Below, in pieces: positions 28,558 through 38,552 of a stretch of DNA of 64,000 bases. Position numbers and translations under genes: made by a program. The notes below the pieces were generated by a model. It worked only from the letters and a program-made list of their open reading frames with translations, ran no database searches and was not told the DNA's origin. The stretch lies in assembly GCA_963675295.2 (NCBI GenBank), contig CAXXKJ010000001.1, positions 128,001-192,000 on the forward strand, read 5' to 3'. The stretch's first letter is position 1. The number at the start of each line of letters is the position of its first letter. This stretch comes from a bacterium (GTDB lineage: Bacteria > Electryoneota > Electryoneia > Electryoneales > Electryoneaceae).

Positions 28558-30672
28558 TTATCTCACCAGCATCAGCTTCTGAAACTGGTTTTCCCGGCCC
28601 GCGACTTGCGTGTGGAGGAAATACAAGCCACTGCTCAGCTGTGAACCGTCGAAGGTGAATCTGTGCGTCCCCGCACGGAAGCTTCCATCCGCGAGTGCCG
28701 CCACCTTCTGTCCCATCACGTTGTACATGACCATCGTCACCTCGCCCCCGTCCGGCAGGGTGAGCTCGATCGTCGTGGCTGAGTTGAATGGATTCGGGTT
28801 GATGTGAAGGAGTTCGTGGGGTGCATCCAGATCTACTTCCGCGCCTGGTTGCGTCGGATACTCACCGACCGGTTGCGACCAGTCGGAGAGATTCCAGCTT
28901 TCCCGTGGTTTTACATCGATGTCATCAGCGTTGAGCTTTTCGAACGAGAAGCTGTCCGAGGCAAGGACCCTCGATGGAAAGATCCCGGCGTTGGCGATAA
29001 ACTGGTAGGTCCCAGCCGGTGCATAGGACGGGACCCATTGCGCAAACGGCTGCACTGGTGACCACGTAGAATTTCCCGGAACCGTAATCGTGCTCAACGA
29101 CAATGGACCGTACAGCGCACCATTGGGCAGCTCAACCTCTGTCCAGAATTGCCCGGTTGCGGAGGCGGATGATGGGTTGAACACCTCAGCCCAGTAAAAG
29201 AAACCATCACCGTCCGGAGTGATCGTGACAGGGGGATCATACGGTGTCAGGGTGAGGCTGGGCAGCGACGCGACGCTGAACGGGGCATCGCTGACATCCT
29301 GCTCACTCCCCGACAACAGGGTGAGACGTATCCGGTAATTGTCTCCGAGGGGAATGTCGTTGCTGATCGTCCAGTCATACTCACCATCGTTCTCAGTGCC
29401 GACGGAAATCACCTCGATGACGATTGGTCCCTCGATCAACTCGATGTACACCAGCTCCTGCGCACCCGGTACCCAACGAAGAGTCTGGGTCGTGTTACGG
29501 CGCCACGTTTCACCGCCATTGGGCGAAACGACACGCAATGGGAAAGGCTCGTCCAACCCCCACCAGACGATGTCGTCGCCAAAATATGCCCCGCTGAGGA
29601 TGTCCTGCATACCGTCGCCGTCAATATCCGCGGGGACAACATACCAGGGATCATCGAAGGAATCGTCCACGATGTGTTCCACCCAGCTCAGCCCGTCACC
29701 GTCGCTGTTTTCCCACCAGGCGATAGTGTTTGCCTCGCGAGCGGCACCGAGGACGTCGATGTCGCCATCCAGATCCATATCCTGGCCATACACGCAGTGC
29801 GCGCCGTAGAAATATCCGCTGAGTGGATGTTCGGCCCACTCGGTGCCGTTCCCATCCACATTTTCCCACCATAGCAGCAGATTGTCAACGCGGGCTGCGC
29901 CGAGTATGTCAAGATCGCCGTCCCCATCCACATCGGCGGCGTTCGCATTGATTGCGCCGTTGGCGTCGCCCACGACCAGGTGTTCTTCCCAGCTCGAGCC
30001 ATCGCCGTTCACATTTTCCCACCAGGAAATGTCGTCAGCGTCGTAGGCCGCGCCAACGACATCCAGATCGCCGTCCTCGTCCATGTCGACCGTGCTGACG
30101 TTAAACGCACCATCAAACTGGTCGTCGATGGCATGTTGCGTCCAGACAAGACCGGTACCCTCGGCATTCTCCCACCACGTGATGTCGTTGTCGTCCCGTG
30201 CAGCACCGAGCACGTCATCGTCGCCGTCACCGTCCACATCAGCAACGCAGACACAGGAGACGGCGTCAAATCCACTCGCTATCTGGTGTTCGTCCCATTG
30301 AGGAGGTCCGAAATCCAACGTTTCCCACCAGGAGATGGTGTTGGTGTCGTACGCGGATCCGACGACGTCCATATCCCCATCTCCATCCAGATCCCCGCCA
30401 TAGACACTTGACGCGCCCGGGAAATTGTTGTCCAGCACATATTCAGACCATGACGATCCAGCTCCGTTGTTGCGCCAGTACGTGATATGCCCTTCGTACC
30501 CGGGACGCGCGCCCGCAGCAAGAATGTCGATCTCACCATCGCCATTCATGTCCACGGCGCAGACCGATTTTGGGCCGCGGAACGTATTTGTCACCGGGTG
30601 CTCGACCCAGGTCTGGGCCACCGCAAAAGAAGGCAGCAGCACAACCACCAACGCGAATACAATGTTTTTCAT
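28558..30672 (-). CDS. T9SS-secreted FG-GAP repeat protein with SPNGGE Ig domain, Ig-like module and CTD
   Basis: DxDGDGDxDV.GAA...I.WWEN repeats; SPNGGETW; NPNPFNS...QKLMLVR. Confidence 0.87.
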   Translation of the reverse strand: MKNIVFALVVVLLPSFAVAQTWVEHPVTNTFRGPKSVCAVDMNGDGEIDILAAGARPGYEGHITYWRNNGAGSSWSEYVLDNNFPGASSVYGGDLDGDGDMDVVGSAYDTNTISWWETLDFGPPQWDEHQIASGFDAVSCVCVADVDGDGDDDVLGAARDDNDITWWENAEGTGLVWTQHAIDDQFDGAFNVSTVDMDEDGDLDVVGAAYDADDISWWENVNGDGSSWEEHLVVGDANGAINANAADVDGDGDLDILGAARVDNLLLWWENVDGNGTEWAEHPLSGYFYGAHCVYGQDMDLDGDIDVLGAAREANTIAWWENSDGDGLSWVEHIVDDSFDDPWYVVPADIDGDGMQDILSGAYFGDDIVWWGLDEPFPLRVVSPNGGETWRRNTTQTLRWVPGAQELVYIELIEGPIVIEVISVGTENDGEYDWTISNDIPLGDNYRIRLTLLSGSEQDVSDAPFSVASLPSLTLTPYDPPVTITPDGDGFFYWAEVFNPSSASATGQFWTEVELPNGALYGPLSLSTITVPGNSTWSPVQPFAQWVPSYAPAGTYQFIANAGIFPSRVLASDSFSFEKLNADDIDVKPRESWNLSDWSQPVGEYPTQPGAEVDLDAPHELLHINPNPFNSATTIELTLPDGGEVTMVMYNVMGQKVAALADGSFRAGTHRFTFDGSQLSSGLYFLHTQVAGRENQFQKLMLVR

Positions 30673-30891
30673 GGATTGAAACCCTCATTTTTGCTCAAAC
30701 ATAGATCTTCTGAACGCGAATATACGAAACGTTAGCAGATCGTGCCACGCGTTGACCACATTCGTCATCGTGTAATATCGCAGATTGCCGGCGGGCAGTT
30801 GACTTGCAGGGAGCCTGCCTTCGATTGAATCAGATTATCTGTGAGACAACGACAAAGCGGACCGGTCTGCATGTCCTGACCGTAACAGAGA

Positions 30892-30920
30892 ACGGGAGCC
30901 AGCGTTTCGCTGACTCCCGT
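30892..30920 (-). terminator. Hairpin downstream of tRNA
   Basis: ACGGGAG.CAGCG-TTT-CGCTG.CTCCCGT long stem; second copy at 26165-26193. Confidence 0.65.
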
Positions 30921-30929
30921 CCATTTCCG

Positions 30930-31003
30930 TACCCCCGACAGGACTCGAACCTGTTGCCTCAAGATTAGGAATCTTGCGCTCTATCCTGATGAGCTACGGG
31001 GGC
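30930..31003 (-). tRNA. tRNA-Arg, anticodon CCT
   Basis: GCCCCCGTAGCTCATCAGGATAGAGCGCAAGATTCCTAATCTTGAGGCAACAGGTTCGAGTCCTGTCGGGGGTA folds as a full cloverleaf; CCA not encoded. Confidence 0.97.
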
Positions 31004-31303
31004 AAAGCATGACGCCGCCAAGATAACAACCCATGCGGCGAATCCGAACCCTGAGTCTCGTGGCGTTCTCCCCAAATACTGTCAGCAGGCAACACCCGTC
31101 ACTGGACAGTCGGGTTTCGTCTCCCTGCATCCATGACTCAGCGCTGACAACATTTTGTCCATGAAACCACGTCAGTGATTCTGCGGCTGAGCCAGGGGCC
31201 GAGTTTTTACCTGTTCCTGTTGAACCTCTGAACGCGAAAATGAACGGAGAACGCCGAACAATTCGCTGTTTGGCACCACTACTTTTTGCGGCAAGCTACC
31301 ACA

Positions 31304-32362
31304 ATGATTCAGGCGAAAGCGTCAACTCCGATGATTCGACACGCCGTCAGCTTCGCCGCCCGGAAACGGGTGGACATCGTGGAAGAAGAAGTCGCTTCAC
31401 CCGCTGCCGGCGAAGTCCTGGTCCAGACCCGTGCCAGTCTTGTCAGTCCGGGCACGGAAATGCTGGTCTATCGCGGACAAGCGCCGTCCGAAATGCCGGT
31501 GGACGCCAAGCTGCCGGCATTCAATGGCGAACGGTTCCGCTATCCGATCAAGTATGGGTACGCCTGTGTCGGAACCGTCGTCGAGATCGGCGAATCCGTG
31601 CCGGACCAGTGGCGTGACAAAACGGTATTCACGTTTCACCCGCATGAAACCGCGTTCCTCGCCAAACTGGAAGATCTGATTCCGCTGCCGGACGGAATAT
31701 CAGTCGACGACGCGCTGTTTCTCCCGTTGATGGAAACGGCGGTCAACCTGGTGCAGGACGGTGCCCCGCGACTGGGGGAAACCGTTGCCGTGACGGGTGT
31801 CGGCGTTGTCGGCCTGTTGACCACGGCGATCCTCGCCCGGATGCCGTTGTCGGGTGTGTATGCGCTCGACCTGTACCCGAAACGCCGGGAGCTGGCGCTG
31901 ACCCTTGGGGCGACAGCGGTTGCTGATCCGGCGGACGAAGGGGCCGTCAACGAATTGCAGACACAGCTCCAGTCGCACAGTCCCGGTGCAGATGTCACAT
32001 TCGAACTGTCCGGCGATCCGGCCGGTTTTAACCGTGCGATCAGCTTGACGGCGGATTCGGGATGCGTTGTGATCGGCTCGTGGTATGGGACCAAGCCGGG
32101 AGACTTCAATCTCGGCGGTCGTTTCCACCGAAGCCGCATCAGGTTACTTTCAAGCCAGGTGTCTTCAATTGATCCGAAATTGCAGGGCCGGTGGACGGTG
32201 CAGCGTCGCCAGCAGGTCGCGTGGTCGATGATTCGGCAGATCCGCCCGTCGCAAGTGCTGACCCACCGCTTGCCGATCCAGGATGCGGCGCAAGCCTATG
32301 AGATGCTTGACCATTCGCCGGAAACGACGCTGGCGATTGCATTTGATCATCAGGCCGGATGA
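31304..32362 (+). CDS. Zinc-binding dehydrogenase-like (MDR) oxidoreductase
   Basis: SLVSPGTE, YGYACVG, FHPHET, METAVN, GVGVVG, GSWYG, FHRSRIRLLSSQV. Start uncertain (31304 or 31331). Confidence 0.85.
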   Translation: MIQAKASTPMIRHAVSFAARKRVDIVEEEVASPAAGEVLVQTRASLVSPGTEMLVYRGQAPSEMPVDAKLPAFNGERFRYPIKYGYACVGTVVEIGESVPDQWRDKTVFTFHPHETAFLAKLEDLIPLPDGISVDDALFLPLMETAVNLVQDGAPRLGETVAVTGVGVVGLLTTAILARMPLSGVYALDLYPKRRELALTLGATAVADPADEGAVNELQTQLQSHSPGADVTFELSGDPAGFNRAISLTADSGCVVIGSWYGTKPGDFNLGGRFHRSRIRLLSSQVSSIDPKLQGRWTVQRRQQVAWSMIRQIRPSQVLTHRLPIQDAAQAYEMLDHSPETTLAIAFDHQAG

Positions 32363-32388
32363 ACAACCCGTGGAAAGGGGACTGGAAC

Positions 32389-32781
32389 ATGTATACGATT
32401 ACCGTGCGTGACCGCTTTACATCGTTCCTGCGGCTGGCGCCGCCGGAGGAGTTCGACGGCTACGACATCTACCACAACTATGCCATCGAAGTCGCGGTGT
32501 CCGGCGAAGAGGTTGACGAACAGGGCTATCTGCTCAATATCGACGACCTCAGCGAAAACCTCAGCGACCTCGTTTCGGAGTGGGATGGTTCCCTGCTGAA
32601 CGATTTCGAGGAATTCGAGGATGTTAATCCGACGCTCGAAACCGTCGCCCGCATCGCCTGCGAAATTCTCGCGGAAACACTTGAAGATGAAGGACTGAAC
32701 GGAATCCAGGTTACAGTCTGGGAAAGCGAAATCGACCCTGCCCCGGGTCCGAGTGCAAGTTATCGAATGGATCTTGAATGA
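32389..32781 (+). CDS. 6-pyruvoyl-tetrahydropterin synthase/QueD-like T-fold protein (degenerate)
   Basis: MYTITVRDRF, GYLLNID, LLNDFEEF..NPTLE.VAR, VTVWES, ASY; canonical His/Cys ligands largely missing. Confidence 0.75.
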   Translation: MYTITVRDRFTSFLRLAPPEEFDGYDIYHNYAIEVAVSGEEVDEQGYLLNIDDLSENLSDLVSEWDGSLLNDFEEFEDVNPTLETVARIACEILAETLEDEGLNGIQVTVWESEIDPAPGPSASYRMDLE

Positions 32782-33863
32782 AAGTCACGTTTGTCATTTA
32801 CGGCGACATCGAAACGCTGTCGGGTGGATACGTCTATGACCGTCACCTGCTTCGTCACCTGAAGAAATGCGGTGATGACGTGCGGGTGGTGTCGTTGTGG
32901 GAGGGACGGTACAGCCGGCACATGCTGGACAACCTCTCCGGCGCGACCGCTCGTGCGCTGACCGCCGGCGATCCGGATGTCATCGTGCAGGACGAACTGT
33001 GCCACGCGTCTCTGGCGCTGGTGAACCATCGCATCCGTCAGGCTGGCGCGCCGCCGATTGTGTCGCTGGTGCATCATCTGCTGACGGACGAAGAGGGGCC
33101 GCATTCGGCACGCCTGCTGTACAAGGCGATGGAACGGTTGTATTTCAGCGGGGTGGACGGCATCCTCGCGAATACACACATCACCCTCAGCCGGGTGCGT
33201 GAAGTGTCGCACCGCGATTTGCCGTCTGCGGTCGCCTGGCCGGGCGGCACGCTGCCGGGGCCGCCGATTCCGCGAACCCAATTGAATGATCGCTTGCAGC
33301 AGCAACGTCCGTTGCATATCCTCTTTGTGGGCAATCTGATCGAACGGAAGCTGGTGCATGTGCTGCTGACATCGGTGTTCGATCTGCTGCGCCGGACCGA
33401 CGTGCGATTGACCATCGTCGGCGGGGACGAGCTGGAACCCCGTTATGCCCGTCGGATCAAACGGATCGCCAAACCCCTGGTCGAAAAGGGGATTGTTACC
33501 TTTACCGGACCGAAACGTGACTTGGAACTGGCGGCGCTGTACACGAACGCCGATGTGCTCGCCGTTCCGTCCAGCTACGAAGGCTTTGGGATTGTCTATC
33601 TGGAGGGTATGGCGTACGGGCTGCCCGCCATCGGAACGGCGGCGGGGGGGGCACGTGAGATCATTGCGGACAATGTGAACGGGTTCCTCGTGCATCCACA
33701 CGACAGCTCCAGCCTGAGCCGCTACCTGCAGCAACTGGCGGAGGATCGTGGCCTGCTGGCTCGCATGAGCCACGCGGCCCGTGACCGGTTCGACCGGCAC
33801 CCGACATGGACCCAAAGCATGGATACAGCGCGAAACTTCCTACTGCGGATGGCGAAACCGTGA
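32778..33863 (+). CDS. GT4 family glycosyltransferase
   Basis: SGGYVYDR, QDELCH, FVGNLIERK, PSSYEGFGIVYLEGMAYGLP. Confidence 0.92.
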   Translation: MKVTFVIYGDIETLSGGYVYDRHLLRHLKKCGDDVRVVSLWEGRYSRHMLDNLSGATARALTAGDPDVIVQDELCHASLALVNHRIRQAGAPPIVSLVHHLLTDEEGPHSARLLYKAMERLYFSGVDGILANTHITLSRVREVSHRDLPSAVAWPGGTLPGPPIPRTQLNDRLQQQRPLHILFVGNLIERKLVHVLLTSVFDLLRRTDVRLTIVGGDELEPRYARRIKRIAKPLVEKGIVTFTGPKRDLELAALYTNADVLAVPSSYEGFGIVYLEGMAYGLPAIGTAAGGAREIIADNVNGFLVHPHDSSSLSRYLQQLAEDRGLLARMSHAARDRFDRHPTWTQSMDTARNFLLRMAKP

Positions 33864-34735
33864 TCAAAAAAAGCGGCAACGACCTCATCGCCTACCTTGA
33901 TGCCAAGGAGGCCATCGATCAACGCTCCCGGAATCCGCAAATCTGGGCGACCCTGCTCGAACAACTGGCGAAACGCAGCCAGTACGCATCCGGCCTGCAC
34001 CTGAACGTCACCGAAATCGGTGGCGGCCTCGGAGGGTTGGCGAAAGCCCTGCTCGAGGCGTGCAGCAACATTCCGCTCAACTACACGCTGTTCGACATCG
34101 ATCCGACCGTTGTCGCGGAAGCTGAAAAACGCCTCGATTCCACCGCCGCCGCGCCGCATAAGGTTTCCGTGATCGAAGGGGATCTACTCGATTACGAGCT
34201 GGGCGACAAAATCGAACCGGCCGACCTGGTTGTCGTGCAATCCGCGCTGGATCTGTTTGACCTGCGGGATGCGCTGCCACGGGTCAAGTCCTTCGCCAAA
34301 CCGAACGCGCTGCTGTATGCGCCGGTTACTTTCAACGGCTTCACCGAATTTCGCCCGCCATACCAGGATTCGCAATTCGAGTACCGCCTGCTGGCGGAAT
34401 ACCATCGCACGATGGACGAACGCACCGGAATTCATCCGGATGCCGGCGGCAGTCGCGCGGGCTGGGTGCTGGAACGCAGCATGCGCCGCATGGGCAGTGA
34501 CTTCATCGAGACAAATTCGTCCGACTGGCTGGTTTCTTCGGACCCGAAGGAAGGGGCGAACCGCACCTTCCTTGAACACATCCTCCAGTTCTTCGAAAGC
34601 TCGCTGTCTGCCCGGTTGGAACTGGATCAGGAGAAGCTGGGCCTATGGCTGGAGCTACGGCGTCGTCAGCTCGCGGACGGCCACCTGCTGCTTCACATTC
34701 ACAACCTCGACCTGCTGGCGGCATTCCCCGGTTGA
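33860..34735 (+). CDS. Class I SAM-dependent methyltransferase
   Basis: YLDAKEAIDQRSRN, EIGGGLG motif I, LFDID, SALDLF; GTG start overlapping the upstream TGA. Confidence 0.8.
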   Translation: MIKKSGNDLIAYLDAKEAIDQRSRNPQIWATLLEQLAKRSQYASGLHLNVTEIGGGLGGLAKALLEACSNIPLNYTLFDIDPTVVAEAEKRLDSTAAAPHKVSVIEGDLLDYELGDKIEPADLVVVQSALDLFDLRDALPRVKSFAKPNALLYAPVTFNGFTEFRPPYQDSQFEYRLLAEYHRTMDERTGIHPDAGGSRAGWVLERSMRRMGSDFIETNSSDWLVSSDPKEGANRTFLEHILQFFESSLSARLELDQEKLGLWLELRRRQLADGHLLLHIHNLDLLAAFPG

Positions 34736-35569
34736 TGCCCGGATCAGCCCGATCATTCCCGCTCGTACCGCCGCCAACACCGAGTCGCCGGGATCGATGA
34801 TCTTACCGGCTCGAACCTGCACGGCAACGCCTCGATACCGTTTCAGCAGCAACTGCAGGTACACCGCAACCTGTTCACGGCCCCGGCGATCCCGGCGAAT
34901 CCGGGTCAGCCAGTGCCGCTGAACCTCCGGATGGATTACCCCACTGACCAGCAACGGCACCACCCGAACTCCCGGCACAGTCCGTGTCAGCACCGTCAGA
35001 CTCTCCGACCAGTCGCTCAGAGCCGCGACTGCCTCTTCCGGGTACAGCCGTGGATCCGGCTCGATTTGTCCCGATGGGAAGGTCAGTAACGCGCCGCCCT
35101 GTTTCAGATGACGCACGGCCGTACGCAGCGGGAACCCTTTCCCGGTTTGACCATCCGGCAACAGAATCAGCTGCTTGCGCACGCTGGCCAACGCCTCAAG
35201 GAACGGGTTGGCGTCAGCGATGATCATGAGATCCTCGCGCTCAATCGCGCTGAACAGGGCAAGGGTATCGCTGATCCCGGGATGATTCGCGACAATCAGC
35301 AACGGTCCGTCCGGCGGTATTCCGTCAAGATCGTGTAGCTCAAGCGTTGCGCCGAGGCGGGACAGGTACCGGCGCGACGCAGCGTGCAGACCTTGTTCGC
35401 TCACGCACGACTCGAACTCCGCCGCCTGATGCACAACGCCACGCGTCAGCCAGGTCACCGGACGGCGCAGAAGTGCAGACAACAGGGGGCGATTTGCCAC
35501 GCCGAGGGCGCGCAGCAAGTCATCGGTTGTCGCCCGTTGCAGGGCGGATGTCACATCGTGTTCGTTCAT
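34655..35569 (-). CDS. PlsC-like glycerolipid acyltransferase
   Basis: LLIVANHPGISD (HX4D), LLTFPSGQIEPDP; the 3-prime end overlaps the methyltransferase by 81 bp. Confidence 0.85.
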   Translation of the reverse strand: MNEHDVTSALQRATTDDLLRALGVANRPLLSALLRRPVTWLTRGVVHQAAEFESCVSEQGLHAASRRYLSRLGATLELHDLDGIPPDGPLLIVANHPGISDTLALFSAIEREDLMIIADANPFLEALASVRKQLILLPDGQTGKGFPLRTAVRHLKQGGALLTFPSGQIEPDPRLYPEEAVAALSDWSESLTVLTRTVPGVRVVPLLVSGVIHPEVQRHWLTRIRRDRRGREQVAVYLQLLLKRYRGVAVQVRAGKIIDPGDSVLAAVRAGMIGLIRASTGECRQQVEVVNVKQQVAVRELTTP

Positions 35570-35672
35570 GAGCGGCGAAATTAAGTCTGTTTCCGGGATC
35601 TTTCTTCAATCTAACGCATGAACGCTGGTAGCTGAGCCCCTATCTTGCCGCGACGTCAATCACAGGTTCCCG

Positions 35673-36641
35673 ATGTCATTCCTGATACCGATCATTGCCG
35701 CACTCTTCGCCGCCGGCGGACTGCACCTCGCCACCGACCGGGAAGAACAGCTGGCGCTGGCCGCCTACCCCGACTACGGGTCGATCATCAATGTGGAGGG
35801 GGTCCCGACGCATGTCGTGGATGAGGGCGAGGGCGATCCGGTCGTCCTGATCCACGGTCTCGGTGGCACGGCGCTGGTCTTCCGGCACGGGTTGTACGAT
35901 CCGTTACGCGAGACCAACCGGGTGATCGTGATCGATCGTCCTGGGCACGGCCTGTCCCAACGGCCGCAAGGCATGAGTGGCGATCCTCGTGAACAGGCTG
36001 CGTTCCTGCATGAAACCCTGCAGCAGCTGGATTTGCCCACAAAACCGGTACTCGTCGCCCAGTCGTGGGGCGGGATGGTGGGGACGGCCTACGCCGTGAT
36101 GTACCCGGACGAAATCCGCGGGCTTGTCCTGCTCGCGCCGTATCTCACCGCCGGCCACCGCTATTTCGAGCCCCTCTTCACCCTCGCTCAGACACCCGTT
36201 GTCAGCGACCTCGCGCTCGAGACGATTGTCGTGCCGATCAGTATCCCGGGCCGTGAAATCTTCGCCGAACGCCATTTTTACCCGCATCCGGTCCCGGACG
36301 ACTGGATCGGGAAAACCATCCTGCTGTCGCAAACACCGGAAGGGTTGCGTCACTCGGCGGCGGATATGCTGACCGTTCCCCGCGCAACCCGCGAGCTTGC
36401 CGAGCGATACGCCGAGATCACAGCGCCGGTGACGGTCGTCGTCGGCCTGCAGGATCAGATCGTGGACCCACTGCCGACCATCGGACTCGCCACCCGGCAC
36501 GGCTGGACTCTGGTCGAATTGCCAGACGACGGACACGGGCTGCAGGTGATCAACACAGACCGCGTCCTTGCGGTCATCCGGCAGATGCTGCACGACACCG
36601 CGGTGGCTTCCCCCTCGGAGATTGACGGCGCTGGAAACTGA
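35673..36641 (+). CDS. Alpha/beta hydrolase
   Basis: VLIHGLGG, IDRPGHGLS, AQSWGG nucleophile elbow, GLQD, DGH. Confidence 0.9.
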   Translation: MSFLIPIIAALFAAGGLHLATDREEQLALAAYPDYGSIINVEGVPTHVVDEGEGDPVVLIHGLGGTALVFRHGLYDPLRETNRVIVIDRPGHGLSQRPQGMSGDPREQAAFLHETLQQLDLPTKPVLVAQSWGGMVGTAYAVMYPDEIRGLVLLAPYLTAGHRYFEPLFTLAQTPVVSDLALETIVVPISIPGREIFAERHFYPHPVPDDWIGKTILLSQTPEGLRHSAADMLTVPRATRELAERYAEITAPVTVVVGLQDQIVDPLPTIGLATRHGWTLVELPDDGHGLQVINTDRVLAVIRQMLHDTAVASPSEIDGAGN

Positions 36642-36707
36642 ACCCCCGCCGTACTCTCATGTTATCTTCTGACCATCAAACCAGAACCAGCAGAGGACAG
36701 GATCAGT

Positions 36708-37697
36708 ATGGCAGGAAACGCAAAAGTCATCATCATCGGCGGCGGGATCGCCGGACTGTCAGCCGCGAAAGAACTCAAACAAGCCGGAATCGACGCACTG
36801 GTTCTCGAACGGCGAATTGTGCTCGGCGGACGCATGTCCACGCGCGAGTTCGGCGGCGCGGTTTTCGATGATGGCGCACAGTTCTTCACCGTCAAGGACA
36901 AGCGGTTCGGTCCGCTGGTCGACGAGATGATCCACGCAGGCGTGATCACCGATTGGTTCCACTCGCAGATGATTCGCGGCGGGGCGAGCAATCCGGACGG
37001 TTTTCCCCGGTACTGCGGCGCAAAAGGCATGCGCAGCATCCTTGATTACATGCACGGGCAGGGATTGTCCGTTCAGCTGAACGCCGACGTTACCGGCTTC
37101 GAGCCACAGAACAAAGCGTACACCGTCTCGCTCAAGGATGGCAGTGAACTCACCGCCGATGCAGTTCTGCTCGCGCATCCGGTGCCGGATGCTGTTCGCA
37201 TGCTGCACAACGCTGGACTGAAGCTGCATCAGGATGACGCCGAAGCATTGGAAAACGTGATCTACACGCCGTGCATCGCGGTGATGGCAACCCTTGAGAA
37301 ACCGTCCGCACTGACCGAATGGGGTGGCCTGCGGATCAACGGTGAATATGTCGACTGGATCGCCGACAACCAGCGCAAAGGTATTTCCTCAACACCGAGT
37401 GTCACCATCCAGGCGATGCCGGACTTCAGCACCGAACACTGGTATGAAGACGACGATGACATCGCCGAGATGCTGATCGGAAGCACGATGCCGCTGCTCC
37501 GCAGCGAACCGGTGGAAGCACGGGTTGTCCGCTACGAACTCGGCAAACCGATCTCGACGCACCCGAAGGAGTGGGTTGCCGCCGAAAAGCACCCACGCGT
37601 ATTACTCGCCGGGGACGGGTTCAAGGGCTATCGTGTGGAAGGTGCCGCGGTTTCGGGGATGGAAGCCGCGAAGGAACTGATCCGTCAGTTTGCCTGA
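36708..37697 (+). CDS. FAD-dependent oxidoreductase, renalase/amine oxidase-like
   Basis: IIGGGIAG, GGRMSTR, FDDGAQFFTV, LAGD...VEGAAVSG. Confidence 0.9.
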   Translation: MAGNAKVIIIGGGIAGLSAAKELKQAGIDALVLERRIVLGGRMSTREFGGAVFDDGAQFFTVKDKRFGPLVDEMIHAGVITDWFHSQMIRGGASNPDGFPRYCGAKGMRSILDYMHGQGLSVQLNADVTGFEPQNKAYTVSLKDGSELTADAVLLAHPVPDAVRMLHNAGLKLHQDDAEALENVIYTPCIAVMATLEKPSALTEWGGLRINGEYVDWIADNQRKGISSTPSVTIQAMPDFSTEHWYEDDDDIAEMLIGSTMPLLRSEPVEARVVRYELGKPISTHPKEWVAAEKHPRVLLAGDGFKGYRVEGAAVSGMEAAKELIRQFA

Positions 37698-38552
37698 TTG
37701 CGACAAAGGGTCATCTGGCCGGGCTGATCGTCATCTGGATGACTTCTTGTTGCAAGGAAGTAAAATTGCAAATAGACATCAGCTCGTGAGTTTGCGAAAT
37801 AGAACGGGGATTCAGCCATGCTGAGTCCCCGTTTGCTCAGGGCGTTTGAGGCTTATCAGGATTGACAAAATCACGCCCCGACCCCGTATTGAAATCCCAG
37901 TGAAAGAGTCTACTTCGAGAAAATAGTGTTCTTGTTGCTTCTCGTGAGGAAAAATCGCAACTACTGCGAAATCAAGTAAATGAAAACCAGGCCTGATTTG
38001 TAATGAATGTCCCCTTGAACAAACGGCTGGGCTGGCATCCAAGGTGTAAACCGGTCAGCGTATCATTGCAGAAAGGAGAGTCGAGGAGAACATCGCGGAG
38101 ACACCACAGCGGTCGTTCGTGATGAGATGCGAATCGTCGTTAATAATCATAACCCTCGAAGTAGACGAAACGATAACAAGAGGTTAGTAGGACGATCCGC
38201 ATCCTCTTGCACAGCGGAGCCGGCATTTTTGTATACTTTATGCAACTTCTTGCCTGAACCGGTATTTATTCGTAGAGATATCTTTAGATCAACAGGACCC
38301 TGCTCCCACCAGTTCAACCAGAATCGTCCGTCGGTAAACGTGTGGTAAAGCCTTGTAACTGTCATTCTTGCAGGAAACAGGCTATTCTATCGATCCTCTA
38401 CTCAACCGCCACGACTTACTCATTGCTCATACAAGAAAAATACGAGTTGCCTTTGCAAAACGGGAGTTGTATACTTTGGCATCCCGGAATTGGGAGAATT
38501 ACGGCAAATCGAGTTCTTGTTGCCGTCTTCAAAAAGGCAAAAGGGAGGAGTC

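Larger units (their letters stand above)
26164..30959. mobile_element. 4.7 kb tRNA-anchored genomic islet without integrase
   Basis: Bounded by the direct repeats 4727 bp apart; contains only two T9SS cargo genes. Confidence 0.6.

Noticed and set aside
34655-34735. 81-bp convergent gene overlap as a regulatory feature
   Set aside because: Most simply explained by stop-codon drift in GC-rich DNA; no supporting signal.
38147-38365. 72-aa minus-strand ORF
   Set aside because: No clear RBS, motif or host-like codon bias.
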